From: Octopus sinensis
Taxonomy: Eukaryota
Assembly (NCBI RefSeq): GCF_006345805.1
Contig: NC_042997.1
Location: forward strand, 38,440,001-38,504,000
Direction: 5' to 3'
Length of the DNA: 64,000 nucleotides
Shown: one piece after another, positions 25,150 through 38,338 of the stretch
Layout of the letters: every line of letters starts with the position of its first letter
Position numbering within the stretch: the first letter of the stretch is position 1
Notes under the pieces: generated by a model
Told to the model about the DNA's origin: nothing
The model's input: only the letters and a program-made list of their open reading frames with translations
The model's database searches: none
Made by a program: the position numbers and the translations under genes

Positions 25150-25436
25150 TATCACCGTGACCGACCAGGCTATCAGATGTTGCTACACATCGGTGGTCAC
25201 AATGCACTGCGCATTGTCTTAGCCTTCAAATGACGCCACCCCGATGACTAAGCGAGCAGGCCAACAGAAGAAAGAATGAGAGAAAGTTGTAGCGAAAGAG
25301 TACAGCAGGGACCGCCACCACCAACTGCCGAAGCCTTGTGGAGCTTTAAGTGTTTTCGCTCAATAAACATTCACAACGCTCGGTCTGGGAATCGAAACCG
25401 CGAGTCCGCTGCCCTAACCACTGGGCCATTGCGCCT

Positions 25437-25440
<4 letters not shown>
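25150..25440 (-). mobile_element. SINE family C with RTE-type tail
   Basis: Near copy of 21127-21434. Confidence 0.88.
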
Positions 25441-25487
<47 letters not shown>

Positions 25488-25488
<1 letters not shown>

Positions 25489-25733
25489 GCGCCCTTTTAA
25501 AGCCTGGCCAGTCTCATGGGCCCGGTTTCCCGGTTTCTATGGCGTATGTGTTCCCCAACTGGACGGGACGCCAGTCCATCGCAGCATTACTCATTTTTGC
25601 CAGCTGAGTGAACTGGAGCAACGTGAAATGAAGTGTTTCGCTCAAGAACAGAACACGTCGCCCGGTTCAGGAATCGAAACCACAATCTTATGATCATGAT
25701 GCTGACACTTTAACCACTAAGCTATGCGCTTCC
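25488..25733 (-). mobile_element. Full-length SINE family D
   Basis: Head GGAAGCGCATAGCTTAGTGGTTAAAG...GGTTTCGATTCC; tail AAAAGGGCGC. Confidence 0.85.
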
Positions 25734-25783
25734 ACACACATACGCACAAACATATATTTCTCAACTCTCATTCTCTGTGTATA

Positions 25784-26418
25784 CAAGGGATGAACAAAAT
25801 AATGGAAACATTTAACATCATCGCATCATAATTTTGAAATATCTATAAAACCGTCAAAAGCTTGTTTATTTTTATGCTTTTTGATTTATTATTAGTGTTG
25901 CTTAATATGTTCTTTTGAGATATCTTCAGAAAAGGGTAATTAAAATTCATTAAAATGACAAATCTATCGGACTTTCAGAGAGGTCAAATTGTTGGTGCTT
26001 GTATGGCAGGAGCTAGCGTGACGAAACCAGCCGAAATGTTTGATGTGTCAAGAAGAACTGTCTCGAATGTAATGACAGCCTTTGAGAAAGAGAGAAGAAC
26101 ACCTTCCTAGAAACAAAACTCCGGAAGAAAACCAAAACTTTCAGATTGGGACCGCCGGGCTCTTACGCAAATTGTTAGAGATTATCACAAAAGTACAGCT
26201 CCTAAAATTACTGCAGAGCATAATGACCACCTTGAGAACACAGTTTCCGCAAAAAATGTTCTCCGGGAGCTGCACAAAGCCGGATTTCACGGGAGGGCTA
26301 CAATCAGAAAACCACTACTTTCAAAAACAAACGGTCCCTAGAGCAGAGGAAGAATGTTATTTTCTCGGACGAGCCATTCTTTACCTTACTTCTGATCACC
26401 GACCGAGTATACGTGTAA
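25784..26418 (+). mobile_element. Tc1-like transposon 5' part (decayed)
   Basis: TA + CAAGGGATGAACAAAATAATGGAAACA; ATG 25955 MTNLSDFQRGQIVGA...SGRKPKLS...RKPLLS...VIFSDE. Confidence 0.85.
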
Positions 26419-26544
26419 GAAAGCTAGCGAATGTGTACTGCAACAAAGACAAAAAAAACGAGAATACGGTACACAGTTACAAATACAAACACCCGAACAT
26501 AACAACAGGTGTCTTTCGACTGAGAACGAATCAAATTGAGTGAT

Positions 26545-26562
26545 AATATATAATATATATTA

Positions 26563-26602
<40 letters not shown>

Positions 26603-26752
26603 CATAATATATATATATATATTATACATAATATAATATATATATTATATATATATACATTAATATATATATATATACATAATATATATACATAATATAT
26701 ATATATATATATACATAATATATACATAATTATATATATATACATAATATAT

Positions 26753-26784
<32 letters not shown>

Positions 26785-26971
26785 ATATATATATATATAT
26801 ATACATAATATATATCTATATATATACATAATATATACATTAATATATATATATATATATATACATAATATATTATATATATATATATACATAATATATA
26901 TATATATCATAATATATATATATATACATTAATATATACAATATATATACATAATATAACATAATATATAT

Positions 26972-27002
<31 letters not shown>

Positions 27003-27422
27003 ATAATATATATATATATACATAATATATATATATTATAATATATATACATAATATATATATATATATATATATACATAATATTATATAATATATATAT
27101 TATATAATATATATAATATACATATATATATACAAATTATATATATATATACATAATATATATATAATAATATATATATATATATTATAATATATATATA
27201 TATACATAATATATATATATACATAATATATATAATATATAATATATATATATTATACATATATATTATATATATATATATATACAATATATATATATAT
27301 ATATCATATATATATATATACATATATACATATATACTATACATATATATATTATATATATATACATATATATATATCTTATATACATATATATATATAT
27401 ATATACATTATATATATATATT

Positions 27423-27457
<35 letters not shown>

Positions 27458-27583
27458 TATAATATATATTATATATACATTATATATATATATATTATAT
27501 ATATTATATATATATATATATATATTATATTATATATATATTATATATATACATATATATATACATACTATATATATATATAC

Positions 27584-27636
<53 letters not shown>

Positions 27637-27719
27637 ATATATATATATACATACTATATATATTATATATATATATATACATAATATATCTATATATATA
27701 TACATATATATATATATAT

Positions 27720-27751
<32 letters not shown>

Positions 27752-27842
27752 ATATACATATATATTATACATAATATATATATATAATATATATATACAT
27801 ATTATATATATATATATATATCTATATATATATACATTATAT

Positions 27843-27874
<32 letters not shown>

Positions 27875-28280
27875 ATATATATATATACATATATACATAA
27901 TATTATATATATATAATATATATAATACATAATATATATATATATAATATATATATATAATAATATATATATATATAATATATAATATATATAACATTAT
28001 ATATATATATAATATATATATATATACATAATTATATATATATATAATATATATAATATATATTATATACATATATATATATATATATATTATATTATAT
28101 ACATATATATATATACATATTATATATATAATATACATATATATAATATATATACATATATATATCATATACATATACTATATATATATATTATATATAT
28201 AATATATATATATACATATATATATATATATCTATATATATATATCTATATATACATATATATCATATATATATATACAT

Positions 28281-28320
<40 letters not shown>

Positions 28321-28402
28321 TATACATATTATATATATATACATTATATATATATATTACATATTATATATATATATAACATATATATATATATCATATA
28401 CA

Positions 28403-28458
<56 letters not shown>

Positions 28459-28482
28459 CATCATATATATATATATCTTATA

Positions 28483-28524
<42 letters not shown>

Positions 28525-28527
28525 CAT
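26545..28527. repeat. ~2 kb degenerate (TA)n array
   Basis: Nearly pure A/T with scattered C on the + strand (TATACA variants). Confidence 0.97.
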
Positions 28528-28728
28528 GGGAATTTTATGACCAGCTTCACTAGTAATTTATTGGAGGTTTTGTTGGAGTTTTATTTGTTCCCTGTTCTTA
28601 CTTGATGTTAACATTTTCAGGTCGATTTTTAAACATCAATTTCTCAGCTTATGTGAACGATTGGAGAGCAGCATTGCTATACATCGTCCCCTTTTGGCCA
28701 CTCCAATATCACCCCAGTTTTCTTCAAG

Positions 28729-28908
28729 GCCCTCCTCCTGGATCTTACATCTGCCCTCGTGGGTGCGGTACCACCAACTTTGGGAACAATTGATCCAAAG
28801 GAAGTTAAACTGCCAAATGGTGCTAAATCGGGTGTCGAATTATGTCTACACCCAAACATGGCTAAGGTGGGATATGAACTCATAAGGCAAAGAGCCGAAG
28901 CAAATACG
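28729..28908 (+). CDS. Probable coding exon of an unidentified gene (may start at acceptor 28620)
   Basis: 60 complex codons ALLLDLTSALVGAVPPTLGTIDPKEVKLPNGAKSGVELCLHPNMAKVGYELIRQRAEANT ending at donor ACG|GTAAGG; non-repetitive sequence. Confidence 0.5.
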
Positions 28909-29109
28909 GTAAGGCCTCCGGTTCCAATTTCATGCCTTTAAACCACTCTAATCTTTTGTAATGGTACATTTCATCGAATCCTAAAGAAAGAAAAGAAAGG
29001 TTGCCCTCATCAGGATTTGAACTCAAAGCGCAGAAATTCGAAACAAAAACTACAGTGCATTTTATTCGATGCTCTAACAACTCTACATACTTAAGGGTAA
29101 ATCTAAATT

Positions 29110-29500
29110 TTGCGACAAGTGCAGCAATTATGGGGGAGAGGATGAGTCGATTACATCGACCTCCGTGCTCAAGTGGTAGTTATTTTATCGACTCCTAAAT
29201 GATGAAAGGTAAAGTCGACCTCGGCGGAATTTAAATTCAGAACGTAGCAACGGACGAAATACCTATTTCTTTACTACCCACAAGGGGCTAAACACAGAGG
29301 GGACAAACAAGGAGGACAGACAAAAGGATTAAGTCGATTATATCGACCCCAGTGCGTAACTGGTACTTGATTTATCGACCCCGAAAGGATGAAAGGCAAA
29401 GTCGACCTCGGCGGAATTTGAACTCAGAACGTAGCGACAGACGAAATACCACTAAACATTTCGTCCAATACGTTAACAATTCTGCCAGTTTGCCGCCTTT
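29110..29500 (-). mobile_element. Composite SINE: diverged A' copy containing a near-consensus head-less A unit (~29262-29450)
   Basis: CpG-decayed head and tail flank a CpG-intact middle unit; junction AATAG|GTATTTCGTC. Confidence 0.8.
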
Positions 29501-30299
29501 TGGATAAATCTAATAATGAAACTTCTGTTGGTAACCTAAAAATAAATCCTGCATTTATTTCGTGTTGTTTAATTTCGTCAAATATTTTAATGATTAATTT
29601 TTCACTTCATATCTCTTCATTATCCCCTCTTAGTTTCATTTCGATTCGTTTTCGCTCGTTTCTCTCTTTCATTTAAAACTTTTTCTGAGGCAAACATTTC
29701 GAGGAAGAACTGTGGCTTATTCCGAAAGGCTTTGCGGATTAATTCTTAATTTACATGTTGTTTCCTGCGTCTGTTTTGTATATGTTTGTTTATTTATTAA
29801 TTTAAAAAAATTAAATAACGAACTAAAAAAATTCATGGCTGATAACAAAATTGTGGTTTTCTAAAAATAATTTCAGTATCATGGATAGGGATTGTCAAAA
29901 AGTTCCGGACTAAACTTTTAAAATTTGCTAATTTTTAGAATTAATAGATATTAAATTCAAGCACATAAAGTCAGGCCAATGTAAAATGCAAGAGCTGATG
30001 CCAGATAATTATTATACATTGGTTTATAATAGCTCACTGTTGATCAATACTGAAGCCTAGGGCGTTTGATCGATTTCCTTTGTGATTTTATTGTTGTCTT
30101 GCTGCCTTCATTATACAGAAATATTTTATGAGTAATTTTTATGTACAAATTTTAGAGGGATACTTTTATTGTGATATGATGTAACTGTTTCCGAAAGGAA
30201 GAAAAACTGGTCATCAGAAAGGAACTACAATAGAACTTTGACAGTGTTTTGCCTTTCTATCGAAATTTCAGTTGCCTTACCGTTGTGTTTCATATTTTG

Positions 30300-31330
30300 A
30301 AAAATGCCAAGAATACGTGAGCATTCTAGAACGACGATTTATGAATAAACATAGTGATTTTGTTGAAAAGTAAGCATTTTATGAAGAGCGCAAAAGAAAT
30401 ATTCTAGAACTGAAGAAGAAAATTAAAATGTTTGACGAAGGAAATTATTATTTAAGGAAAATCTTTACTGATGAAGAATTTATGAAAGATACATTCTTAA
30501 ATATTACTGTGCTTTTATTTTCCGACTTTAACATAAAATATTATATAATTAATATGTTGCAGTATGTTCCTCTCTTGGCAAAAACTATCAAAGAAAGAGA
30601 TACTGATATGGTTGCAAATAAATAAACATTGAAAAACATTGAAAACAGTAATATTTTTTTTTTAGAAACTTTTGCGAAAGAAAACATAATATCAGTAAAA
30701 GACATTCACTGTAAACACTGAAACCATACAAAATAGTTTTAGTAAAAGATTTACAGATTTTCGAAAATAAAGCAACTTTAACTTTCTATACAGCACAAAT
30801 TGGTAATGAAATAACGAAAATAATCTGTTACCAGAGATGAGTCAATCTGATCTACAGATGAAAATAGCCAATATAACTGATAAGGAATTGTGAGAATGAG
30901 AATTAATGAGGATAAACATAGAAACATCTATAAATGTACTGGAATTCAAACGATTACTTTGCGAGACAAACTAATATTTGAAACTTAGAATTTAATTCTG
31001 GACAACTTTAGAAACAGAAACATCAAAATAAAATGCCGTTCAGTCTTATATTGATTTTCGAACCGGCCTACTTGTGCAAGCAATTTTTTCTCTTTCTTTT
31101 CACAAATGAATTCATTTAAATGAATTTAATGATATCAAAGTACTGCATAAAGTTATCTAACCAAAGCCGTCAATCTTGACTGAAAGCATAAATATAAACG
31201 ACGACCTCATGATATAGACTTTGATGCAATTACAGAGAAGTTTCTAAAGTAAATCTCACGTTGCCCGGGAAAAGAAATTATCTAAATTTATGCTTTCTAG
31301 TATGTTTTTGTTTAGAATAAAGTATGCCGC
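30300..31330 (+). mobile_element. Possible decayed hAT transposase remnant
   Basis: Fragment HDIDFDAITEKF resembles the hAT C-terminal DFD.II..FA motif; heavily disrupted. Confidence 0.3.
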
Positions 31331-31764
31331 TCCGAAAGATCTACTTATTTTTCTATTTATCTATCTATCTATCTATTTTTAGCTACACCGCCTCTTCAGT
31401 TCGAAAAGATTCCAACTTCTGCTTTTCTGAATGCAGTATGCAAAGTTAGGATGTTCATAATTTTAAAATCGTTATACGGGTTAAATTATTGAAATACGTT
31501 CAGTTAATGCCTGAAACTGCACTCGGGTCACATTCTGCTCTCTGGCCATCCTGATTGGCTGCAAAGCATTTATAAGATTTGTATAATTTCCATCAACTCA
31601 TCACTTCTGTCTGCATTTCCAGGCACATTAATGTTAATGTTTTAATTTTAGATGTTCTGTTTACTCATGTTTAATTGTATTTGAAAGCAGTTTACGTAAT
31701 AAAATGGAACAGATACCAGGATTTATTGGGAATCAAAAACCTAATTAGAGGAATTTATACTCGG

Positions 31765-32148
31765 AAGCACTCCGTCGGTTACGACGATGAGGGTTCCGGT
31801 TGATCCGAATCAACGGAACAGCCTGCTCGTGAAATTAACGTGTAAGTGGCTGAGCACTCCGCAGACACGTGCACCCTTAACGTAGTTCTCGGGGATATTC
31901 AGCGTGACACAGAGAGTGACAAGGCCGGCCCCTTGAAATACAGGTACAACAGAAACAGGAAGTAAGAGTGAGAGAAGGTTGTGGTGAAAGAGTACAGCAG
32001 GGATCACCACCATCCCCTGCCGGAGCGTCGTGGAGCTTTTAGGTGTTTTCGCTCAATAAACACTCACAACGCCCGGTCTGGGAATCGAAACCGCGATCCT
32101 ATGGCCGCGAGTCCGCTGCCCTAACCACTGAGCCATTGCGCCTCCACA
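31765..32148 (-). mobile_element. Full-length SINE family C with ACCGACGGAGTGC tail
   Basis: Same head as 21127-21434 with a different 3' half; GGAATTTATAC direct repeats flank it. Confidence 0.9.
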
Positions 32149-32702
32149 GGAATTTATACAGCGAGGAAAAGACAACATGAGCTCAATTTAAAATATTATT
32201 TTAAACATGTCATTAATAAAAGTCGGGAGAAAACTTCAGACGTATTTCGTGCTAATTTAAAATCGTCAAAGAAGCATAGACTCCGTCGTGTTTAACGAAT
32301 TAGTGATATGAGTATTTCGAAGCAAGCGTACAAGAATAGAAAAGAAAAATTAACACATTTGAAAAAATAAAACACTGACATTGATTACAGAGGGACGTCA
32401 TCTGCTAGAAAATCAATAAGTAAGTGTTAACATGCTTAATGAAATGATCATTAAAAATTCTAATTAGAAATATTAGAATATTACGTACGTGGTGAAGAAA
32501 TGGTAACATTTTCCGAATGACTAATATTATTATTACGTGCAAACACGATAGACCGCTCCTAACATGAATAATTAACCTAACAGAAATGCAACGGAGTACT
32601 TTGGTATCCCAAGGGAAATTTGTACCTCGCCATCACAAAACTGTGCGAAGAAAAGTTAAGCTGGGACTCTTCTGATGAGACAGTTTCATATCTTTTTTTC
32701 AG

Positions 32703-32753
32703 GATTTCATGAAGACATGTCATCTTCTGCAATCCCTAAACATCTTCACATAG
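32703..32753 (+). CDS. Possible terminal coding exon (DFMKTCHLLQSLNIFT*)
   Basis: Acceptor TCTTTTTTTCAG|GAT; phase 0 matches the donor at 28908; short, so could be chance. Confidence 0.25.
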   Translation, partial: DFMKTCHLLQSLNIFT

Positions 32754-33114
32754 TAGAATAATCTGTAAAATGGAGACTAGTTGTCTTGTTACGGTGACTG
32801 ACAATAGTATATTTACGACTACTTTTATTACCAAGCTTCTCACGTGATGGAAATTTATATACTAAACGTTTTCAATAATTACAGTTACCTTGAAAAGTTA
32901 ATGTTCAAGGTAAGTGAAAATAACTTCATAGTAACATATCTCAAAACTATAAGCACCCATATTTGGAGCAAAATTGTGTGAATAGGATAAACACTGCTTT
33001 TTTCCGTTTTTTTTTTTTTTTTTGCAATGTGTATTCACCCAATAATAGAATCATGTAGTACAGTACAAGATGCATTTGATATCAAGTTTTACAAACGCCA
33101 TTTTTGCATATATA

Positions 33115-34723
33115 TTGGATTAGCCACAAAGTTCATTCGGTTTTTGTCGACACTAAATTTCAAGTACTCTAATAAATAGATAATTTCAGTCTTTCTTTTG
33201 CGCATGCGCACTTGTTAGATAGTTGCCTCTTCTCGTAGTTCGACGTAAACTTGCGACGAGACAAGCTGTATTTCATGCGTTTGGGATCATCCCGAAAATG
33301 GACGGCCAAAGCGAACATTACTGACACCCGTGTTTTTATATTTAAATTTTTTTTAAAAAAACAAGAAAGCGGTGAAACCTGCAGACGATATGCCCTGTGT
33401 AGGGAGAGGATGCTGGGGAAGACTTCATCCCGTCCCCAGCCCCCATTTTCTCGCGAATTATTTAAAAAAATGTTTTTGCCAAAAACCCATATTTTCGGAT
33501 ACGGAGATTCTGGAAAATTGCAAAAAATTAGAATTTTGAAATTTTTTGCCCTCCCTAATCCCCACCCCCAATTTCTTCCTTTTTCACTTTTTTCCGTAAC
33601 CCTAACACCATAAAACCCTGAATTTGTAAAAAAAAAATTTTCGAAATTCATTTTGTAAAGTTTTTTCAGAATCATAATCTCCGTATTTTTCTGCATATTT
33701 TGAAAAAAAATAATTGTGAAAAAATGTTTAATATGAAGAATTTAGGGGTGGGAGGGTGATTTCAAAATGCCGACTTTTGTCAATTTTTCGGCAGATTCGT
33801 ATTCTCCGTTGCCGAAACGGGAGTTTGTGTAGAAAAATAATTGAATAAAGAAGGAGTGTTTTTTTTTGGGGGGGTACAAAAGGAAGTCTTGCTGGATGCT
33901 GTTACGGAACACGTTTGTCAGAAGTGATTTTTAAGATTTCGTTTGGGTAATTTTTCAATCCCTACTCTGGTCGGCTAACTGAAGTTAACAGTGAGAAAAC
34001 GAAGGAGTTAGTTGACACCAATCGTCGTAGTACGATACTTTATTTTTTAAAGAGAGTAGTGACGAAAAATGAATAGTTTATAATAATGTGAAGCACAATC
34101 TTTGGGAAAGCGCGACGAATCACTACAAAGAACCTCCAAAGCAGGACTTCGCCCAAAGAAAGTTATACTTTCAGTTTGGTGGGACTGGAACGATGTTGTC
34201 TTTTACGAGCTTCTTCCTACACACAAGACCATCAATTCAGATGTGTACTGTAATTGAACAAATTGAAGAAATGTGTAGTGTAATTGGACAGAATCGTTCA
34301 GCACATGTAATTGCAAGGGCGTTGTTTTTTATCATAATATTGCCAAATCGCACACTTCTTTGCAGACGCGGCCAAAGTTACTGAGACTTGACTGGCATGT
34401 AGTTTGGCGTAAACTACATGCTAGCTTCCATATATGTCCGGCACTGTGCCTTCGGATTTCTACCTGTTTCGGTCTCTTCAAAATTCTTTGGATGGGTGGA
34501 CAGACCTTCAAATCTGAAGGGGATGTAAAACTTCATCAGGAAGAGTTTTCTACCATTAAAGAGGAGATTCTTTGAGGAAGGAATAATAGATCAGTCCACA
34601 AGATAGCAGAAGATACTGGGACAAAATGGTGATTATATCACTGACTAAATAAATCACTTTGTGCTTAAAATCTGTATCTTATTTTCGCTTAAAAGAAACG
34701 AACAGACTTTTAAGTCAACCCAA
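33115..34723 (+). mobile_element. Decayed mariner transposon with internal insertion
   Basis: Degenerate TIRs TTGGATTAGCCACAAAGTTC / GACTTTTAAGTCAACCCAA; remnants DAVTEHVCQK.FLRFR, SGRLTEVN, VYNNVK, PPKQD; C-terminal remnants to ~34640. Confidence 0.8.
33361..33888. mobile_element. Unclassified non-coding insertion inside the mariner
   Basis: Interrupts the transposase between the N-terminus and the HTH; ends ACAAGA...TCTTG; GC-rich patches. Confidence 0.5.
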
Positions 34724-34895
34724 GGGTATCTGCAGGCGTTGAAATGACAGATATATTTACTATGGAGCAATATTGTAAGTGTGAGTGCAATTATCGAAAA
34801 CGTAGTTTGCAAAGACAATTAGAATATTTTAAGCAATCAATTGCTCGCTAATGCCTGCCTTTGCCTAGGATATTATTTGTAACTAGTTCATCGTG

Positions 34896-36070
34896 CAGTC
34901 GTGGCCCAAAGTTTGGATCAATTTTTAAATGTGTACAATTCTATTTAAATTTATACATTGTATATATTTGGGTATCTGATATGAAAATTCTAATTTTCAA
35001 ACCTATGTTCCAAACTTTTGACCAAGTAATAATGTATTGCAAATGAAAAATAAAAGGCATCGGAGGGGCAATGCATACCCTGCGCGCAAACACATTTTTT
35101 CGCAAATTATAGTGTGGCTTATAATGCGTTTCTTATCCATGCTGATATTTCTTTATTACCCACCAGGGGCTACGAAGACCGACTTATATAACAAAACATG
35201 GGGGACATAGAACAATATGATTAAATTTATGAGCAAATGAATATTAAAATGAAAAAATGATAATATGAAAGCGATGCTAATGCTGAACCATGCGCGTTGA
35301 AGAAGCTACTTATATTTCAACTGGTTTTCGCCAAAACGTTAAAATACGAGTTGGCAAAGGAATTTGAATGTTATTTTAGAGGGTTTGGAATTAAAATAAT
35401 TAAGAATAATTAACATAAAATGAAGATTCTGTAGTGAAATGCTAAAATACAAGTTGATAAAGAATATTAAAGATTATTTTGGAAAGTTCAACATACAATT
35501 TGCATATGAGTAAAATTTGCATATGACTAAATAAATGGTTATTCAAATAGTAATCATGATTATGAAAAAGAAAACGAATAAAATGAAATAATTATAGAAA
35601 ATACTGCATAGAATTCGAGAAGTGTTTTGAACGTTGATCAATGATGGCAGGTGAATTAAACTTACTGTAGTTCGTTGTACGATATAAAAAATATGACCAT
35701 TTGCTAATCAAGAAATCAGTAAGTTCGATTTATTTATTTATTTATTTATTATTTTTTGTATCAGTATTATAGTTTTTTTTCCGGTGAAGTTTAGAAATCA
35801 ATTCGTAAATAAACGAAACCCTGGAATCCATCATTGTACACACAAATTCATGCACACACAGAGTCGCATATCTATGTATGCATTTATGAATGTTTGAAGA
35901 TAATCAAACCAAATTTTCATTATTTCATGCTACTCTCCCCATGATTATTTCAGGTTACAATACCATGGTTTCACTAACGCGCGCAGCGTAATTAAACATA
36001 GTTTTGGACATTTAATAAATTAAAAAAATCTAGTTTTCAGATTTGTATTCCAAACTTTTGGTCACGGCTG
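34896..36070. mobile_element. Non-autonomous Tc1-like element (IR/DR type)
   Basis: TIRs CAGTCGTGGCCCAAAGTTTGGA versus revcomp CAGCCGTGACCAAAAGTTTGGA; inner TTCCAAACTTTTG repeat near 35008. Confidence 0.65.
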
Positions 36071-36093
36071 TATAACATATATTAATATTAACT

Positions 36094-36465
36094 TAACTGT
36101 TCAAATTCCGCCGCGGTCGCCTTTGCCTTTCACCCATGTTGGGGTCGATAAAATAAGTACCAGTCAAGGGTGTAAGTCTAATCGACTTACACCCTTCCTC
36201 GACCTTGCTGGCCTCGTGCCAAAATTTGAAACTGATATTAGCTTGACTAAGGCGGCGAGCTGACAGAATCGTTAGTATACCAGGCGAAATGCTTAGTGGC
36301 ATTTCGCACGTCTTTATGTCCTGAGTTCAAATTCCACCGAGGTCGACTTTGCTTTTCATCCTTTTGGGGTCGATAAAAATAAGTATCAGTTGAGCACTGG
36401 GATCGATTACATCACTCGCCGCCCCCGAAATTTCTGGCTTTGTGCCAAATTTTGAAATCAGTATT
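36094..36465 (+). mobile_element. Two tandem SINE A' copies
   Basis: Truncated copy followed by a full copy, both ending GTGCCAAA..TTGAAA. Confidence 0.8.
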
Positions 36466-36484
36466 AACTTTAACTAACTGTTTA

Positions 36485-36868
36485 CTGTTTTACTTGTTTC
36501 AGTCATTTGACTGCGGCCATGCTGGAGCACCGCCTTTAGTCGAGCAAATCGACCCCGGGACTTATTCTTTGTAAGCCCAGTACTTATTCTATCGGTCTCT
36601 TTTGCCGAACCGCTAAGTGACGGGGACGTAAACACACCAGCATCGGTTGTCAAGCAATGCTAGGGGGGCAAAGACAGACACACAAACACATACATATACA
36701 TAAACGACAGGCTTCTTTCAGTTTCCGTCTACCAAATCCACTCACAAGGCATTGGTCAACCCGGGGCTATAGCAGAAGACACTTGCCCAAGATGCCACGC
36801 AGTGGGACTGAACCCGGAACCATGTGGCTGGTTAGCAAGCTACTTACCACACAGCCACTCCTGCGCCT
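36485..36868 (-). mobile_element. Full-length SINE family B
   Basis: Near-identical to 8441-8871. Confidence 0.9.
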
Positions 36869-37044
36869 ATTGATTATACATGTAGATGGTATATTTAAAT
36901 TACTTACGTAAAGGTATGCCTGTATAATACGTCATCAAATGTTTAGTTTTGTTCACTATACCGACAAGTACGGTGAAGTTAATCTTTTCGTGAGAATAAA
37001 TGAGCTCGAAATATTCCCGAAGTTGTCTCCTGGTGTTGCCGCGA

Positions 37045-37310
37045 TGTTTGTAAAGGTAAAGGATCCCTTCGGTCATGAATGACCATGGGATTGCACCCAG
37101 ACAGTTACCCTCCGTAGCACAAGTCTGGGAAAGGTTGCTTATGCATACCAGCCTCCTTTCTCTACGCTACCGATGGTATTCAAGGGAAAGGCAAAGACCG
37201 AGACAGCTTGACACGAGTGACGTCGTAAATGATTTCTACAGCTAAGTGAACTGGAGCAACGTAGAATAAAGTGTCTTGCTCAAGAATACAACACACAAAC
37301 TGGTCCGGGA
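37045..37310 (-). mobile_element. SINE (D-type body) with another tail
   Basis: GTGAACTGGAGCAACG body segment joined to a tail ending GAAGGGATCCTTTACCTTT. Confidence 0.6.
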
Positions 37311-37735
37311 CTGCCTTTCTTCTGGATAAGAACTAGCATCCGAAACATCAAGATTCTCTTCCTTCTCTTTAAGCGTTAAACTAATACATTTATTCAAAGT
37401 TGTACCTTCCATTTTTTCATCTTACATACATACATACATATATATATATATATTTATATAATTTCAACAATATTAAGGAATGGCCCTGATAAGCCATTCG
37501 ACTCACTAGAAAGAGCAGCCAAACTCAAACCGCTAAATAGTAGTAATTCAGAAATCAAAGGAAAATTAAAAACATTTACCCTAATCATCCTTGGACAATG
37601 CATTGTTTCGACGTACTTTTTGGCAAACCAGCCTAATTAAATTAAATTTAATTTAATCAAGTCAATCTACCACTGGCTCGTCTCATCGGCAAGGAAGCCA
37701 GGAGGAATAAACATTTATATATATATATATATAGT

Positions 37736-38026
37736 CCGGCGTGAGGGATGTCATCGTAGAATATACACGCAGCAAGTTTAGATGGGCTGGACGCGTCGCC
37801 CGGCTTACCGATAATCGGTGGGCCCGCGCAGTTGTCGAGTGGTACCCACGCGAGCGGAAACGACCACTTAGAAGGCCTCCGCGACGGTGGAGTTACGATT
37901 TCAGGAGGGCGATTGGGATCACGTGGATGAGAAAGGCGCGATCCAGAGAGGGGTGGATAGCGTGCTGTGACCAGCGATGTCAAATGGACGCCCGACGGAC
38001 TGGTCAGTCAAGGTGATCAAGGTGAT
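37736..38026 (+). mobile_element. 5'-truncated RTE LINE 3' end
   Basis: KFRWAGRVARLTDNRWARAVVEWYPRERKRPLRRPPRRW; tail (CAAGGTGAT)2; inserted in (TA)n. Confidence 0.9.
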
Positions 38027-38283
38027 ATATGTATATATACGAGAGAGAGAGATAAAGCTGTCATTTATTTGTTCACAGCAAACTAAATTGTCGTTGTTTA
38101 GTTCCAGAACAATTCTACTTCAACAGACCTAAGATGGAAGTTCTGAAACAGATAATTTTATTTCATTTTTATTTTTAAAAATCATTGCCTAATCCATCCT
38201 TTAATTAACGTGGTAAGATGTGATTTGAGAGAGATGTGGTTGCTATTTTTAGCTTTCAAGTTACTATCAAGAAACTTCTTTGT

Positions 38284-38338
<55 letters not shown>

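Noticed and set aside
26873-28174. ORFs rich in YIYI/MYVC/HTYI (also at 2.2-3.8, 17.5-19.8 and 58-60.7 kb)
   Set aside because: These are translations of (TA)n, (TG)n and (TACA)n microsatellites.
28665-28695. AALLYIVP as a signal-peptide-peptidase PAL motif
   Set aside because: It lacks the conserved proline (QPALLY) and the surrounding transmembrane context; probably chance.
30185-30225. Minus-strand CTGATGA...GAAAC as a hammerhead
   Set aside because: Stems I, II and III cannot be formed. CTGATGA at ~6199, 16617, 32672 and 59235 also lack a downstream GAAA or stems.
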